Shown piece after piece: positions 1 to 13,730 of a stretch of DNA of 64,000 nt. The notes beneath the pieces are model-generated. The model made no database searches and was not told the DNA's origin. It worked only from the letters and a program-made list of their open reading frames with translations. The stretch comes from Zootoca vivipara (lineage: Eukaryota): assembly GCF_963506605.1 (NCBI RefSeq), contig NC_083277.1, positions 67,952,001 through 68,016,000 of the forward strand, written 5' to 3'. Position 1 is the first letter of the stretch. Each line of letters opens with the position of its first letter. The position numbers and the translations under genes were made by a program.

Positions 1-1750
1 GACAAAATGAAAAACTGTACTTGATCCCAACTGATAAACTGTGGAGCTGCCAGTGGTTTTTCAGAGCAGATGTAACATTTTAGCAAATGTGATTGTTTGT
101 GAAAGAAATAATTCTGATCAAAAACGAAATTGCAGCCAGCACAAGCTCTGTACTTTGTCATTGTAATCCACTCTGACAGGAAGCAGTAAGTGGAGATTCC
201 TACTGTGAAAGGAGCAGATGTGAAAGGTCAGCCTTGGCCTGGAACTTCAAAACCGTTAACGTGTAAAACAGTGTGCATTAAAGCCTGAAACAGCTAACCA
301 CTGGATTAACGGATGTCCGCTAAGTGGGTTTGATGTTCTTTTGGCAAGTAATGGTTAATTTTTAAAATAGGTATAATTGTAGTTTTTCTCTCCCACCCCC
401 TTTATACCTTTTTACCAGCCAGAGTCCATTTTAATTACAGAGTATAATTTTTTTGAAACGCTTTTAGAAAGAACGAAAAAAACACAATTTTTATGAACTT
501 GTTCACGGCCACAATTTCAAAGTAGGTGAAGGCTGTTAAAGAGATTTGGATAGATGTAACCTCTGCACTAAATATTACATCCAAGTCACCAAATATTTAT
601 CCAAAAGTGTTTATGAAATCTACAAGACAAAATGTTTATTAACATTTTAAAAATGAATGTCCAGCTAAGATCTTGTTGGAAGATGGAGGCGATGCAAAGC
701 TAAAGACGCACAACTGAAACAAAGCAGCTGAAAACAATATATGGTACAGATTGAATGAATAGTGATGGGTTTTTCAGACATGGCAGAACTCCAAATTTTA
801 GTTAATCAAGCCATCTTACAAGTATTCGGCAGCTCAAATTAAGAATAAATAGCTGCCTTCCTTCTGCAGTTGACCCAACCATATGTTCCTCTCCTTTTGA
901 ACGTAATGAGGAATCATGAATTTACAAAGTGTTCACAAAGCTAGTAACTATGTGATACTTGTGGATATGGTGCAGCTAATCTTGTGGCCCTGTTATACAC
1001 TGAAAGATGGGCTATAAAATAAATGTCTATGTTAAAACCAGAACATTTAATTCATTATCTATAAATACATCTCTTTTCGTCCTTTCAAATTAGCTGACAA
1101 AGACAATTGCCACTATGCCTTGCGATATCTAGTGGTGTTTTTATCCTCTTTCCTTCAAACAACCATAAAGTTTCAAAATCAGCAGGAGACATGAGGTGAG
1201 GGCTGCTATTCAATTAATTTTTGTTTCTTACATTTACAACACATCTTTTATCCAAGAAGGTAAATGTAATATATATAGTTGTCCTCTCCATTTTATCCTC
1301 ACACCAAACCTATCAGGCTATATGAGAGAATTACTGACACAAATTAACCCAATAAGCTCCATGGTGGAGTCAGGATTTAAAACTGGGTCTTCCCAGTCCT
1401 AATGCAACACTCCAACTAAACTACACTGGTTCTGGTTCTAAAAAGCGCCAGGATTTTTAAAAAAATGTTTTTAAAAGTGTAAAGTCTCTCTGAGAAGCAA
1501 AGACAGTCACACAGTTGTTTGGATTACGGCCAGTGTTTTCACACATACTTAAGATTCACTGTAGAATAATTATTATAGCATATAATAGTTAATAAATCTA
1601 TACTACTTTCAAAAGATTTGTTTTCATAAGAGCCAAACTGTATGGAACTTCCTGGCTCTATTTATTTTGGATAGGCCAGGATTAACATACCTAAACCTGT
1701 ATTGCAATAATCACAGTAAATTCTAGAAGAGCATCTCCATTCAAGAGAAA

Positions 1751-1766
1751 CAGAGAGAGAGAGAGA

Positions 1767-1810
<44 letters not shown>
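1751..1810. repeat. (GA)n(CA)n microsatellite
   Basis: Direct reading. Confidence 0.95.
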
Positions 1811-1812
<2 letters not shown>

Positions 1813-2104
1813 TGGAGACTGTTGGGCTTGGATGGGAAAACTACAGGTTCAAATCCCTACGCAGGCTTGAAGCTTGTGGGCAAGTCACTATCTCTCAACG
1901 AAATCTAACATACAGGTCTTTGATGAGTGCAAGCATCACTCTGAGGTTCTTGGAGGAAGTGATGGGTAAATTATTTCACAGAAGAATAACAGAATCATAG
2001 TGCTGATTATTCACTTGTAACATGTTAAATAACCTCACAACACCACTTAAAGAAAAGTCACAGCTAAATCTTACAGATAATATGCACCACGCCAGAAGTG
2101 TGGG

Positions 2105-2280
2105 GAAGGGCTACTGCATCTACCTTAGTGGCAGAAAGTTCCAGGTTCAGTTCCTGACATCTCCAGGTAGGGCTGGGAATACCTCCTACCTGAAGTTCTG
2201 GGAAAGTCACTGCCAGACAGTGTAGGCAATACTGAACTAGATTGGCCAGTGGTATGACTTAGTATAAGGCAGCTTCCTAT
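2105..2280 (+). mobile_element. Old squamate tRNA-derived SINE (Squam3-like); relatives near 29300-30060 (split by hAT), 33480-33585 and 48660-48820
   Basis: CAGGTTCA..CCTG..CATCTCCAGGTAGGGCTGGGA...GTATAAGGCAGCTTCCT recurs in the window. Family name from memory. Confidence 0.6.
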
Positions 2281-2627
2281 ATTACAATGTGCAGCTAGAA
2301 TCCCATTTTTATCAGCACAGCACACTAACTCTTTTGGGCAGTTCATAGAAGGCAGACTATAATAGCCCCAGTTGCCATTTCTCAATTTCTATCCTTCATA
2401 GTTCAAAATGGCATTTTCTGTGCCCAATCAAATTGCCATTCTCATTCTAAAAACACAGGCAAATGGTCCCCAAACATTTCTGCAATGGTTTAATTATTAG
2501 CAATGGCTGTGCCTCCTGATACTGACAATTTATTATTTGGGTATTAAAGCACACAGTAGCTAAACATGAACAAAATAATACTTCGCATTTGTGCAGAATT
2601 CCACCCCCCAACCAAGCACTCACAGTA

Positions 2628-2675
<48 letters not shown>

Positions 2676-2699
2676 TTATTTATTTATTTATTTATTTAT
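2628..2699. repeat. (ATT)n(TTTA)n microsatellite, tail of a LINE fragment
   Basis: Direct reading; explains the poly-Tyr ORF. Confidence 0.9.
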
Positions 2700-5600
2700 A
2701 CCCCCAGCCACTCTGGGTGGCTTCCAACAAAAAATTAAAATACAATAATCTATTAAACATTAAAGGACTAACAACTGCTCCCAACCAAAACAGAGGTGAG
2801 CTCTGATTCCTGTGTGAGCCATCATTGCCTTTATGGAATACAAAGGCAACAACATAATTGCATCTCTTCTGATAAATTGTACCCAAAAAAATTGGTTTAC
2901 CAAAGGACCAACCCCATAGTAAGAAGGCAGAATGAATGAGGATAATTAAGAGAACCCAACTTCCTAAAGTTGATAAATGTGGTGAAAAATAATATATGGC
3001 AACAGTGCTAATTTCTCTTCCATAAGCATGTTGCCGTTTACAATGGCACTGTATTTAGAAATGAAAACTTGAGAAAGTATGCAAATTTGGAATCTGTCAC
3101 TGGTGGAACAACTACAGATAGAAAGAATGGGACTCACATGGGGTAGTTTCACACCTGCCCTCTCACTCAGAAGTAGTTTGCTGCAATAGCTGCATTAGCG
3201 CTAAAGCCCTTCTCTTCTGTACTATGGTAGTTGCACTGCCAACACCAACTCTGTTCATCCCACTGCATTCAGACCAACTGAGATGAAGCAGGTTTCTGCT
3301 GGTGCAAGCACACCCTTATGAAAATAGAGCTACTAACATAGGATGAAAGTTCTATTGTTTAAACTGGGGGGGGGGGGAGCTGATATTGTTTTTAAACTAA
3401 CTGCACATAGGGATGAAGGTTGCCTTAACCTTAGGTCTTTTAACAGACTCAAGCATTTTTAGTGATGTTTTTGACTACCATTGACACCCTGAATGCTGTG
3501 AAGTTAAGCATTTGAATGCAGACAACTGCAACAACCTGTGGAACTTCATAAATTCTCCTATTACAAGGGAAAACAATGTCAAATTTCACAATATTTTTTT
3601 TTTAAAAAAACCCCATGTTGATCAGGTTTACCAGTTTACTAGTCTTTCTCTCAAGACAGAAGAAATGACGATAAATGGTTAATTTTAAACTTCATTTAAT
3701 CATCACCCAGAAAATTAGCTTTTGGCACTAGCAGCATGTTAAAATTATGAATGGATGGAAAATTTCCAGGTCTCACAGCTAAACCCTTGCGCTGCAATCT
3801 TTTGAGTCAGATACAAGAGTGTTATTTATTCACCCAATGAGAAGTTATAAACCAAAAGAGGATCTGGTCATGTCAGAACTACTTGCTTTTCATATGCTTA
3901 GAATTGTGTTACCAGTCTACTCTTGCACTAAGGTTCTGATACGAGTGCACCTGTGAATTGATATCTGTGAGTTCTGGAAATTTTACCACCAGCTTTTCAT
4001 AAAAGAAATAACCTCAAACAGGTACAGAAACCAGAAGTTCAATATTCAACCACCATTTTCAAATACAGAGGTTTTTCTCCGCTTTCAAACACTGCTCGTA
4101 AATAACCTTGATTTATAGCAAATCGGCTATTTTATCCCTATATACAGGGAGGCTACCCATCAACCTAACTACCCAAAGAATTACTGTTATAAACTTTGCA
4201 GGTGCGCAAATCACAGCATATGGCAGAGGACTCAGGATAATGGGAAATGAGGCGGCTCAGGAAAAAACATATGAAAAACACAGGCCCAACGTAGGTGGAT
4301 ATAAAACTCATTTGAAAGGTAATCAAGTGCAACAGTATAAAAAGGGAGCAACTAAGACAATGAATCTTCTGAAAGCCATGAAAATGAACTTGACTTTTGA
4401 ATGGTCAACCTATCAGATCTTCAGTGCTCTTATTTAGAAAGGAAGCACATCTGACACAAGCTATCAATGGTGTGACTCCAAGAAGATTCACACAAAAGGG
4501 CTAAATTTGTCACAAATGTTTTTGTTTCCGATCCTAATACAGCCAAGTTGCATTACTCTGACCTCCATTTAACAAATCAACTTAATGGGTGCTGGGAGTG
4601 CCGTAAAAACCTTAACAGTGGAGTGATTTTTAAAACTTTAAAAATATAGTTATGAAGCAAAATGTTAGGAGAACCCCTTCAATACTGGAAATCAAATTAA
4701 ATCTAGACATTTCTAACAGTCTTGACAGATATAATCCTGGTTACCATGTAAATTTATGGTAAGCTGCTGTGATATTAGCCACAGGTGCTACTTTTAATAT
4801 ATGGGCCGCATCTGGCTGGGAATAAAGTTTCTCAGAGGACTAGAAATGACCTCACTATCAGACAATGGAGGGGAGGGAAACACAAGGCCACTGTGGCATA
4901 TAAAAAGCAAGAGATGTGGCCCACAACTGAATATTTGACATAAAATTCATTTTAAGTTTGCAGGTTGTAGGCGAAAAGATATTATGTTTTCAGTACATAA
5001 AAAGGCGTAGACATTTTTCAGTCAAAGAGCCAAAGGATTAAGTATTGCAAGACAGCTATGAAATATTCGGACTATGCTCATAAAAACAACTTTACTCGAC
5101 TTTGATCAACAGAGAAGACAAAGGGATGTGACAAAGGGAAAGTTACAGAGTGGCGGGGTAGGGGAAGAATGTATCCAAATTCAAGTAAGTTCCCAAGGAC
5201 TTAATTGTTTCATACAGCAAGCTGACCTACATTTAAGGATAGCTGACTCCAACAAGCTGCCAATTAATTAAAAACCTATGCCAAATAATTCTAGTACCAC
5301 AGACTAAGGGAAGTACTCCCTTCATGGTACTTAATTAAGTAGAGATAAAAATAAATAAATAAAACCCAGCACCTTATGCCAAGAAGCCATCACCACACAT
5401 GAAGAATACTACGAGCAGAGACCAGTCCATCTAGGTCACCCCTAATGCTCCGTTTATAAGCAGAGCTGGTTGTCCCTCAGCTGAAAAGTTCTAAGTTCCA
5501 CATGAAGACAATTAAATTCTTCAGCTTGCACTCTGTGCTCCGAAGTATTCACATTTTATAAAGTGTGCATAACTTCAATAGCTGTGGTTTTGCAGAATTC

Positions 5601-5954
5601 AAAGGCCAAGATCAAAAGAGCCCCAAGCACATAAAGAGGGGTTGCAAACTTGTGGCTGTGTCACTGAATGTCGTCATTGGGGGGGGGGAGCCATCTCCTG
5701 ACTTTCAGAGGCAGCTTTGGCAAGAGAGGTTTCAAGGGTGGGGATAAGTGGACTAAAAAGCCCTGGTGCACAAACAGAATGTCATGCTCAGTCTGACAAA
5801 GCAATTATATTTTGGTGGTAGTTAGCAAGGGAACAGGTGCTAGCAGCTATTATCAAGGCAATGTTACAAAGAAGTAAGTCCCATTGTGTTCAATGGAGAT
5901 TACTTCCAGCTAAGTACAAATGGCATTGTAGACTATGTGTAGCAATGAACTATC

Positions 5955-6830
5955 TATTATTACTAATATGTAATGACCTACCCTTCACCAGCAGGTCCCC
6001 AGGGCAGGTGACAACAAAATTACAAATTAGTATTAAAAACAGCTAAAGCAAACTGCAGTCATAGGGTGGGTGCTGAAAACACATGTCTCAGATGGTAAAG
6101 GCTAAGGTAAAGAGGTGTGTGTTCAGCATTCACTGAAAGCTGTACAATGAAGACATCAGACCCACATCTGTGGGGAGGGAATTGCACAACTCACAGGCTG
6201 CCACAGAGAATGCCTTCCCCTGAGTCAACACCACCCAAAACTTAAAAGGGTGGTGGAACTATTAAGAGGGTCCCTTCTGCTGATCCTAACACCCAAGAGG
6301 GTCTGTAGGACAGGAGATGGTCTCTAACATTTGAGACCTAAGTGATTTAGAGCTTTAAACACTAGTGTGAGCACCTTAAATTGGAACCAGAAGTGAACTG
6401 GCAGCCACTGTAGAACAGGGGTTTTATGGGTTCTAAAGGCAACCCCTGCCAATTAATCTGGCTACTGCATTTCAAAACAGCTGAAGTTTCTGAGTTGTCT
6501 TCAAGGGCAGCCTAATGTGGAGCACATTGCAATAATCCAGTTCGGAAGTTACCAGGGCATGGGGTAATGTGGCCAAGTCATCTCTATCCAAAAGGAGCCG
6601 GAGCTAGTGAACTAACCGTTGCTGCAAATAGGTACTCCTAGCTACCAAGGCCACCTGGATCTCAAGTAACAATATGGGATCCAGGAGTATGGACCTGATC
6701 CTTCCAGGAGAATGCAACTCTGCCTGAAACAACCAGTCTACCTGCTTCCTTGAGAACTTGGAACATGTAACACCTGTGTCTTTTCAGGGTTCAGCTTCAA
6801 TTTATTGGCCCATATCAAGCCTATTACTGT
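5955..6830 (-). mobile_element. Degraded L2 LINE
   Basis: Antisense L2-like 3' end and body. Boundaries approximate. Confidence 0.6.
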
Positions 6831-7288
6831 CCCCAAATACCTGTCTAGCACCTCAGCAACCTGACCATTGGTTTTCAATTAGTGGGCTGGGAGGGACCCA
6901 TTATTGGGTTGTGGTTTAATCCAAGAGGGCTCTGCAACAGCAGCACTACCACCATACAACTGTTTTAAGAAAATTTAAGAAATAGGTCCCCAAGTGCCTA
7001 TTTGAGTTAAACGTGAGCCCCAGGTCTGAACAGATTGGAGACAAATAATCTAGAACCCTCTTCCCCCCCCAAAAAAAAACTCAGCCGAAAGCCCTGTTGG
7101 GTTTTTGAGCCATCGCCAGCGTAAGTGCCCCCCAAAACACAGAGCTACTATCAGGACTCAACTCTTGCAAATATTGCTAGATGAGATGAGGATGGGTAGA
7201 AAAAGATCCGAACCAGGAACTCTGCCTTAATGTCAATTAACAAACAAATCAACACATATTAGCCATCTTATACAGCATATTACATTCT

Positions 7289-7958
7289 CCAAAATGCTTG
7301 TTTACAAAGCTATTGTACTACCAACCTTACTATATGCTTGTGAAACATGGACCACTTATAAACGCCATCTCCAACTCCTCGAAAGATTCCATCAACGGTG
7401 TCTCCGAAAAATTTTGCACATCACTTGGGAAGACAGGCGAACTAATATCAGTGTACTGGAAGAAGCAAACATCACCAGTGTTGAAGCAATGATTCTTCAA
7501 CATCAACTTCGTTGGACTGGTCATGTTGTGCAGATGCCTGATGATCGTCATCCAAAGCAACTACACTATTCCGAACTCAAAAATGGAAAGCGCAGTGTTG
7601 GTGGTCAACAAAAGAGGTTTAAAGACTGTCTCAAGGCAAATCTAAAAAAATGTAGTATAAACACTGACAACTGGGAAACACTGGCCTGCGAGCGCTCCAG
7701 TTGGAGAACAGCCTTTACCAAATGTGCCATAGGCTTTGAAGACACTCGATCTCAGGACGCAAGGGAGAAACGTGCTAAGAGGAAGGCACGCTTGGCAAAT
7801 CCACACCGTGATCAACTCCCGCCCAGAAACCAATGTCTCCACTGTGAAAGGACGTGCGGATCCAGAACTGGCCTCCACAGTCACTTACGGACCCATTGTT
7901 AAAACCGTGTTTATGGAAGACAATCTTACTCGGATACGAGTGATCGCCAAAGAAGAAG
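7289..7958 (+). mobile_element. 5'-truncated RTE-clade LINE; 3' ORF intact with C2H2 zinc finger
   Basis: ORF 7294..7902 (LLYACETW...QLRWTGHV...CLHC..GLHSHLRTH), (GAA)n tail, near-TSD ATTACATTCT/ATTAAATTCT (7279-7288, 7959-7968). Confidence 0.85.
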
Positions 7959-9978
7959 ATTAAATTCTACTTTTTGAGTGTCAGACTGTGGCTTTCCCCT
8001 TTGCATTCTTTGGTTCAGTGGTGCAAACCAAGATAAATCCCTATGCAACATCCTTCAGGTCCCAAATTGAGAGACATGCTGGGAGCTTGACAACCACAAC
8101 AAATGTCTATACAATCTGCTGCTGTGTTCACAGTTCTCCCAAGGCAACTGCCTTCTGTGTGGAATCTCTCCTAACAACATTCAGTTGTTAGCCTGGAAAG
8201 GATTCTCATGCTTTCCTTTTTCCTTACTCCACCCACTCAACAGCTAATGGAAGCTACTGTGTGGGGTGAAGCTTTTCAGTGATATGTTATTGAGAGGATT
8301 TTGAGACAATTCCCTCTCCTTCAATTGTTGCACTGCACACAAATAGCAGGACTCTTCCCCGCACCCCATGTGTGATGTGTCTCTACAGCAAATCCATGCA
8401 TGGAAACCTATTTCTACGTGCAGATTGCTGTTGCTGGACTGAAACATTCACCTGCATTATCTCAAACATTTCTCCAAAACTATGAGAATTAGATACTATC
8501 AATCCATGCTAAATAAAAAAAATTACCATAATTATAAATCTGTTAGAGAAGAATATCATTTAATGGGTCCAAGGACACTCACAAATGTGCAAAAAATACC
8601 CTAATAGGATACAGGCAACTGAGAGAAACCTGTATGCTTTCAGAAATTACCAAACTTACTGGAGTTAAGAAACTGACAGTTAATAAAACTTCAGAACCAA
8701 AACTACTATTTAGTTTGCTCTGCATACTGTGCAAGCCTTTATACAAATATATGACAAGAAACGTTATAAAGGGATATCCGCTATGATTCTTATGGTTCAG
8801 GATCGTGAAATACAGTCACTGCAGATGAAGTCAAGAACCCTGAAAAATCTTCTCCAAGAAACTCAATTCAGCTCAGCGGGATTCCTGAAACATATTTCTT
8901 TGTACAACTGAATTGGCAACCTGCCTGCAGCCTACTTCCATTAGATTATTCATGTATCTAACAAGACTGAAAAATAACCTAGTCATGCATCTTAAAAATC
9001 ATACTAGGGGTCTTCAAACAGGAATATCACCCTGTTAAAAAAATATTAACTACAGTCCTGACACTCACAGGGTTTACTTTCTCACAACAGTTATAAGACG
9101 CAAACAAGTGGTACCAAAAGCTAAATGAAGTCTTTAACTTGAAGCCTTTATTTAATAAACATAGTAGTTTTTTGTAAACTGCCTTCTAGTATCCCAGCCA
9201 GTCCTGCGTATCTTCAACATGTGCCCCCTTTTCTAAATATCCTTCTCTCTTCTATTGCCGTTTGGCCAAAATAAACAGGAAACTTGGCTGACAATACGGG
9301 AGAAAGGAAGAAACTCCGTAACAACTTCCAAACTCAAGGAACGCCGTTTCCTCTACCCTTTCAACTGTAATCATATTCTATGCTACCTACAAAACACACA
9401 CACACACAACCCAGAGAAAAATCTTTCCAGTCAAGCACATGATTTTGAAGGGTATTCCTTTTGTGATGAAATCCAGCCTTGCGATGATGGCCCTTTTCAA
9501 GAGACAGACTGGGATGCAATCAGAAACAAACAAGAGGTGATGCAAAGCAGAAATGTCTCATCTCCAAACATCTGGTAAAGTGACCTTCTCTGGTCTAGAT
9601 GTTTGCAAGACTTTTGTTATGCACGCTGAGAGGAAATAGGGTTAATGAATGCTGCACGGCAGAATTCTGATACATAATGAATTAGGTTTTAATTGATAAC
9701 TGCAGGTTTTATACCTTTAAAAAAATCCACAAGAGACAACGAATTCAAGTTACAGCTGTAATTTTCAGAAAAGCTTACTGAACTGCCTACATATTAAACA
9801 GGAATGTAACAGATAGTCGTTTCTCCCAAATCCCCAATTTTTCTGTTCCTTTTTTAAAAAAGAAAAAATATAGGCAAAAAAGGAAGTGTAAAGAGCTTCT
9901 TTCTGTTCGGATGTATATAATCAGTTCTTCAACAGCCATATTTCCTGCCTCAAATGAAGAGCTAGCTTTCCTCTAGAG

Positions 9979-10203
9979 CAGTGGTTCCCAACCTTTTTTT
10001 CCCCCATGCCCCACCTAAGCATCTCTAAAATCCTGATGCCACCCCCTGCCGTGACATATAATTCTTATTATTCAAAAAGTGAACTCCTATTCACGTGGAG
10101 GAAGCCCAAAAGGCCATTAACTGTTAATAACTCATTCTCAAATTGCCCCCCTTAAAAATCAAATTGCCCCCCTGGGGGGAGTGCCCCACGTTGGGAACCA
10201 CAG
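9979..10203. mobile_element. Non-autonomous hAT (Charlie-like) MITE
   Basis: TIR CAGTGGTTCCCAAC / GTTGGGAACCACAG; 8-bp TSD CTCTAGAG/CCCTAGAG. Confidence 0.85.
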
Positions 10204-11997
10204 CCCTAGAGACTGGTTTTTCACTGTGGGCTGTGCATAAATACAGAACTCTTTTGGGTAGTAGCTGGAGACCAAGTTATGAATAAAGAACTCCCTGGTT
10301 TGAATCTTATGTCACCCATGAACCTAAGAAAGCTACTCTCTCACAGCTTCAGTCCTGGGTTGTTGTATGGATTAAAAATGGACTTTGAACAACTAAGAGT
10401 GCTATACAGTACAAATATTAAGTAACATATATTATTATGGTAAGATTTTACTATCAGTTTTATATGTACCTGCAAGAATCCTATCCACGTTGATCATTCC
10501 TCTCCTCACAGATGAAAAGGATATGGTCACATGAGCAAGTTTAGGATAAAAGACCATGACTGCATTGTTCAGACACAACATCAAAGGCAATATAATGGTA
10601 AGTATAATCTAAAAGCAATGAAAAAAAGGAAAAAAAGGAGTTCCTATTCCACCTTTTTATTCTTCACCTATGGTCTGAGCATAAGCCTTACGTATTTAAA
10701 AGCATTTTTATGTCTCCTTCCTTCAACCAAAAAGGCTCCCAGAGTAGCTTTTGTAAGATAAACAAGACAGTCCCTGCCTATAGGCTGACTTTCTAAAAGA
10801 CATGACACAAAAGGAAAAAGGAGGGGGATGGAAGATGTTATACCGTATTTACAACATGGTAGAAGATATATAGATTGTCAGAATTCTAAAGCATGGTATT
10901 TTAGAACAATTCCATAAATCCATAACTTGACAGCTTGTCAGTGAAAACTTTTACCAAGTAAACTACCTCTGACCCATATTTACCCTGATTTGCAAAGAAT
11001 CTGTCCATTCTTCCTCTGCTGGATGTAATACACAAAATAATAGATATTCCTATGGGCTTACAAAACTTTGGCAATAAGGTATGTTAACATCTGTTGATAT
11101 ACAGTCTTCAAAACCTGGAATGAATAAAGAGTTTTCTAAGCATCATATGTCATTTGTGTTATCTGTGAAAGCAATAAAATTTCAATGAACAGATCAATCA
11201 ACTCAATATCATGTGCAACAAATAAATCTGAAATGCCTTTTATGTCATTTCAACTTGTCAGCTTTTTACACACCTGATTTCATGCCATCTGCAAAGGGCA
11301 AAGTGAAGATCACTGAGGAAATTATACTTCTTGGCTGTCTGACTTTTGGTAAATAGTTGTATTATGTTCTGTAAACTGAAGATTTACTGACTTCAGGAAG
11401 AATATGGTAGTTTACATCCTGACCTTAAACTATACTGACTGATACATAACTGAGTTTTAGGCATAGGCTGTGTTAGATCTATTAGATCTGCTCTGTCTGT
11501 GTGTGTGTGCACAAACACATGCTTTTGGAAGTTTCTATAAATTAAAAGGATTGGGGTTCTAGTAAATATTATCAACAGCCTGGAATTGAAATGGTGAAGA
11601 TTTAAACCTATTTTCAAAGGCAAAAAATAAATAAAATCATTTTAACCCACATTAAGCCAAAAGGATTATATGTCACAAGTTGCTTCCTAGTACCATTCCA
11701 GTGTCTTAACTAAACATGATGGTGGGACTACGTACTTGTGTGCTAGAATATGGGTCATACTAAGCAGGTACACAGCAGAGTATGAGTAATTAAAATCAGA
11801 GAATTGGTGGACATAAAGGGGCAGAAAGAAATGATACCTATGGAACCCAGATCAGGATTTGGCCAATACTTTTAAAGTGATAGTATTTGTGTGAATAGAT
11901 TGGCCTTTGAAGAACAGGTTCCAGTAGCTAAGAAGTACAAATACTGTATAAGCTAAATGCATTTCCTTAAAATAACAATAATGAAGTACCTATTTAC

Positions 11998-12129
11998 CTG
12001 GTTGAAAGTTTTGAAGATGAATTCTTTGTATATGGCATCCCTTTCAGTCAGCTCGGACCATCCTGAAGCTTTGAGCTCATGTAAAACTTGGTTCCTTTCT
12101 TCCGTAGTCAACCAGTGAAGCTGTGAAGA
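11998..12129 (-). CDS. PCBD2: PCBD2 (DCoH2, pterin-4a-carbinolamine dehydratase 2) coding exon 2
   Basis: 132-nt exon bounded by AG (12131-12130) and GTAAAT. Translates [44 protein letters not shown], matching remembered PCBD2. Downstream exons not found in the window (presumably left of position 1). Confidence 0.95.
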
Positions 12130-12940
12130 CTGTCAAGGTAGACAAAGGGGGAGGAGAATGGATTTCAAAACCATGGTTTCCAAGTTCTACTTCTTTTCAA
12201 AAGCTGTAATGTGTTTGTCATACTGGTTTGTGTATATACTGGTTTGAAAATACTGCAGGACATTAACAGAAAATGTATTATATGAGGTCATTATGTTTGT
12301 ATCAGGCAAACCATTTCCATTCACTTACATACAGCACCTAAGTAAGTGGCCAAACTCTGCCCTCCAGCTGCTTTGGGACTACAATTCCCATCATCCCTGA
12401 CCACTGGTCCAGTTAGGGATGATGGGAGTATCTTAGGTGGCATCCTATCTTTGATGGGAGTATCTTAGGTGGCATCCTACTCCTTTGTATCTTAGGTGGC
12501 ATCCTATACACCCTCAACTAGGGAGTAAGTGCCATTGAATATAGTGATATTTGCTTCCAAATTAAGATATATGCTATTAATATTCTAAAGCTGACACTAT
12601 GAGAAGCTGTGTGCATGATCCTGCCAAACACTTTTTGAATCCCACTTGATTGAATGGCATATATAAGCATATGCTTATATCTCTCACTCTAAAAGCAATA
12701 CAACTCAAAAGAGCTAAGTGTTTTAAATTATACTGAATTAAGTATGTAGTCAAAAGTGTTTTTGTCTTACAGCATTATAATTGTCTCTGAGTGATCTGAA
12801 AACTATCCAACATCCTGAGGTAACTGAAGAATTCTGTGAATTCAACTATTTTCACTCATTCTGAAATAGCCATGATTAGATATTTGAAAAGTTAGTAAGT
12901 ATGACATATGGCAAAGATGGTTACACATATTGACTTATAG

Positions 12941-13076
12941 CAGGCAAAGGCAAACTTGGCCCTCCAGATGTTTTGGGACTACAACTCCCATAATACCTAG
13001 CTAACAGGACCAGTGGTCAGGGATGATGGGAACTGTAGTCCCAAAACATCTGGAGGGCCGAATTTGCCTATGCCTG
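12941..13076. mobile_element. hAT MITE (CAGGCA...TGCCTG family)
   Basis: Palindromic 136 bp; perfect 8-bp TSD ACTTATAG. Confidence 0.9.
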
Positions 13077-13715
13077 ACTTATAGTCAACCAAGTTCTGCT
13101 CAGAGTACACCCACTGAAATTAATACATTTTAGTCATACCAATTCAAGTCAGTGGCATGACCAACATTGAATACAAACCAATGAGCTATTTTTAAATGTT
13201 CTGAGAGATGCAAGTGACAGCTGCCCATAGAACTTAATAGATATACTGTATGCTAGATTTTAATATATCTGGGGCTTGGCATTGATGTGTTCACTCCACA
13301 CAAACATCAAAACCACCCAATGAGCATATTCTGTACCCACAGAATGCTGAGTGAATGGAAAACTGAGAGGAAATAGAATGGAACAGTGAGGATCTTGAAC
13401 AGAAGCACCCCAGACTGTTCAACTGTGGCTGAAAAATGTTCTGATATCCAAATTCAGAATTTTCTCAGAATATGCATTACAGTACTTCTAAGTAGACACA
13501 GTTGGGCCTGCACTGTAAGCCTCCAGTTTTATACCCATGTATCTGTAAGTCCCGATGAAGTAAATGAGACTTACTTCTGAGAAGACATGTATGAGATCAC
13601 ACTGTAAACTGCAAAATTCAACCTCATACTCATATATATTTCAATCATGGACAATTTTAAAAAATGAATCCTTTATCTGAGCAACTACATTTGCTGCGTG
13701 AAAAGTTAAGCTTAC

Positions 13716-13730
13716 CCACTAGATGGCACT
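13716..13730 (+). promoter_or_regulatory. Candidate CTCF site CCACTAGATGGCACT in PCBD2 intron 1
   Basis: Matches core consensus CCASYAGRKGGCRS at every position. Binding untested. Confidence 0.5.

Noticed and set aside
2591-2806. Poly-Tyr ORF
   Set aside because: Translation of an (ATT)n microsatellite.
3698-3712. NHHPE peptide resembling PCBD2 exon 3
   Set aside because: On the wrong (+) strand, flanks do not match and there are no splice sites; treated as chance.
12428-12507. Three spaced copies of GTATCTTAGGTGGCATCCTA, superficially CRISPR-like
   Set aside because: Eukaryotic DNA, very short related spacers, located at a junction of two repeats; a local tandem duplication.
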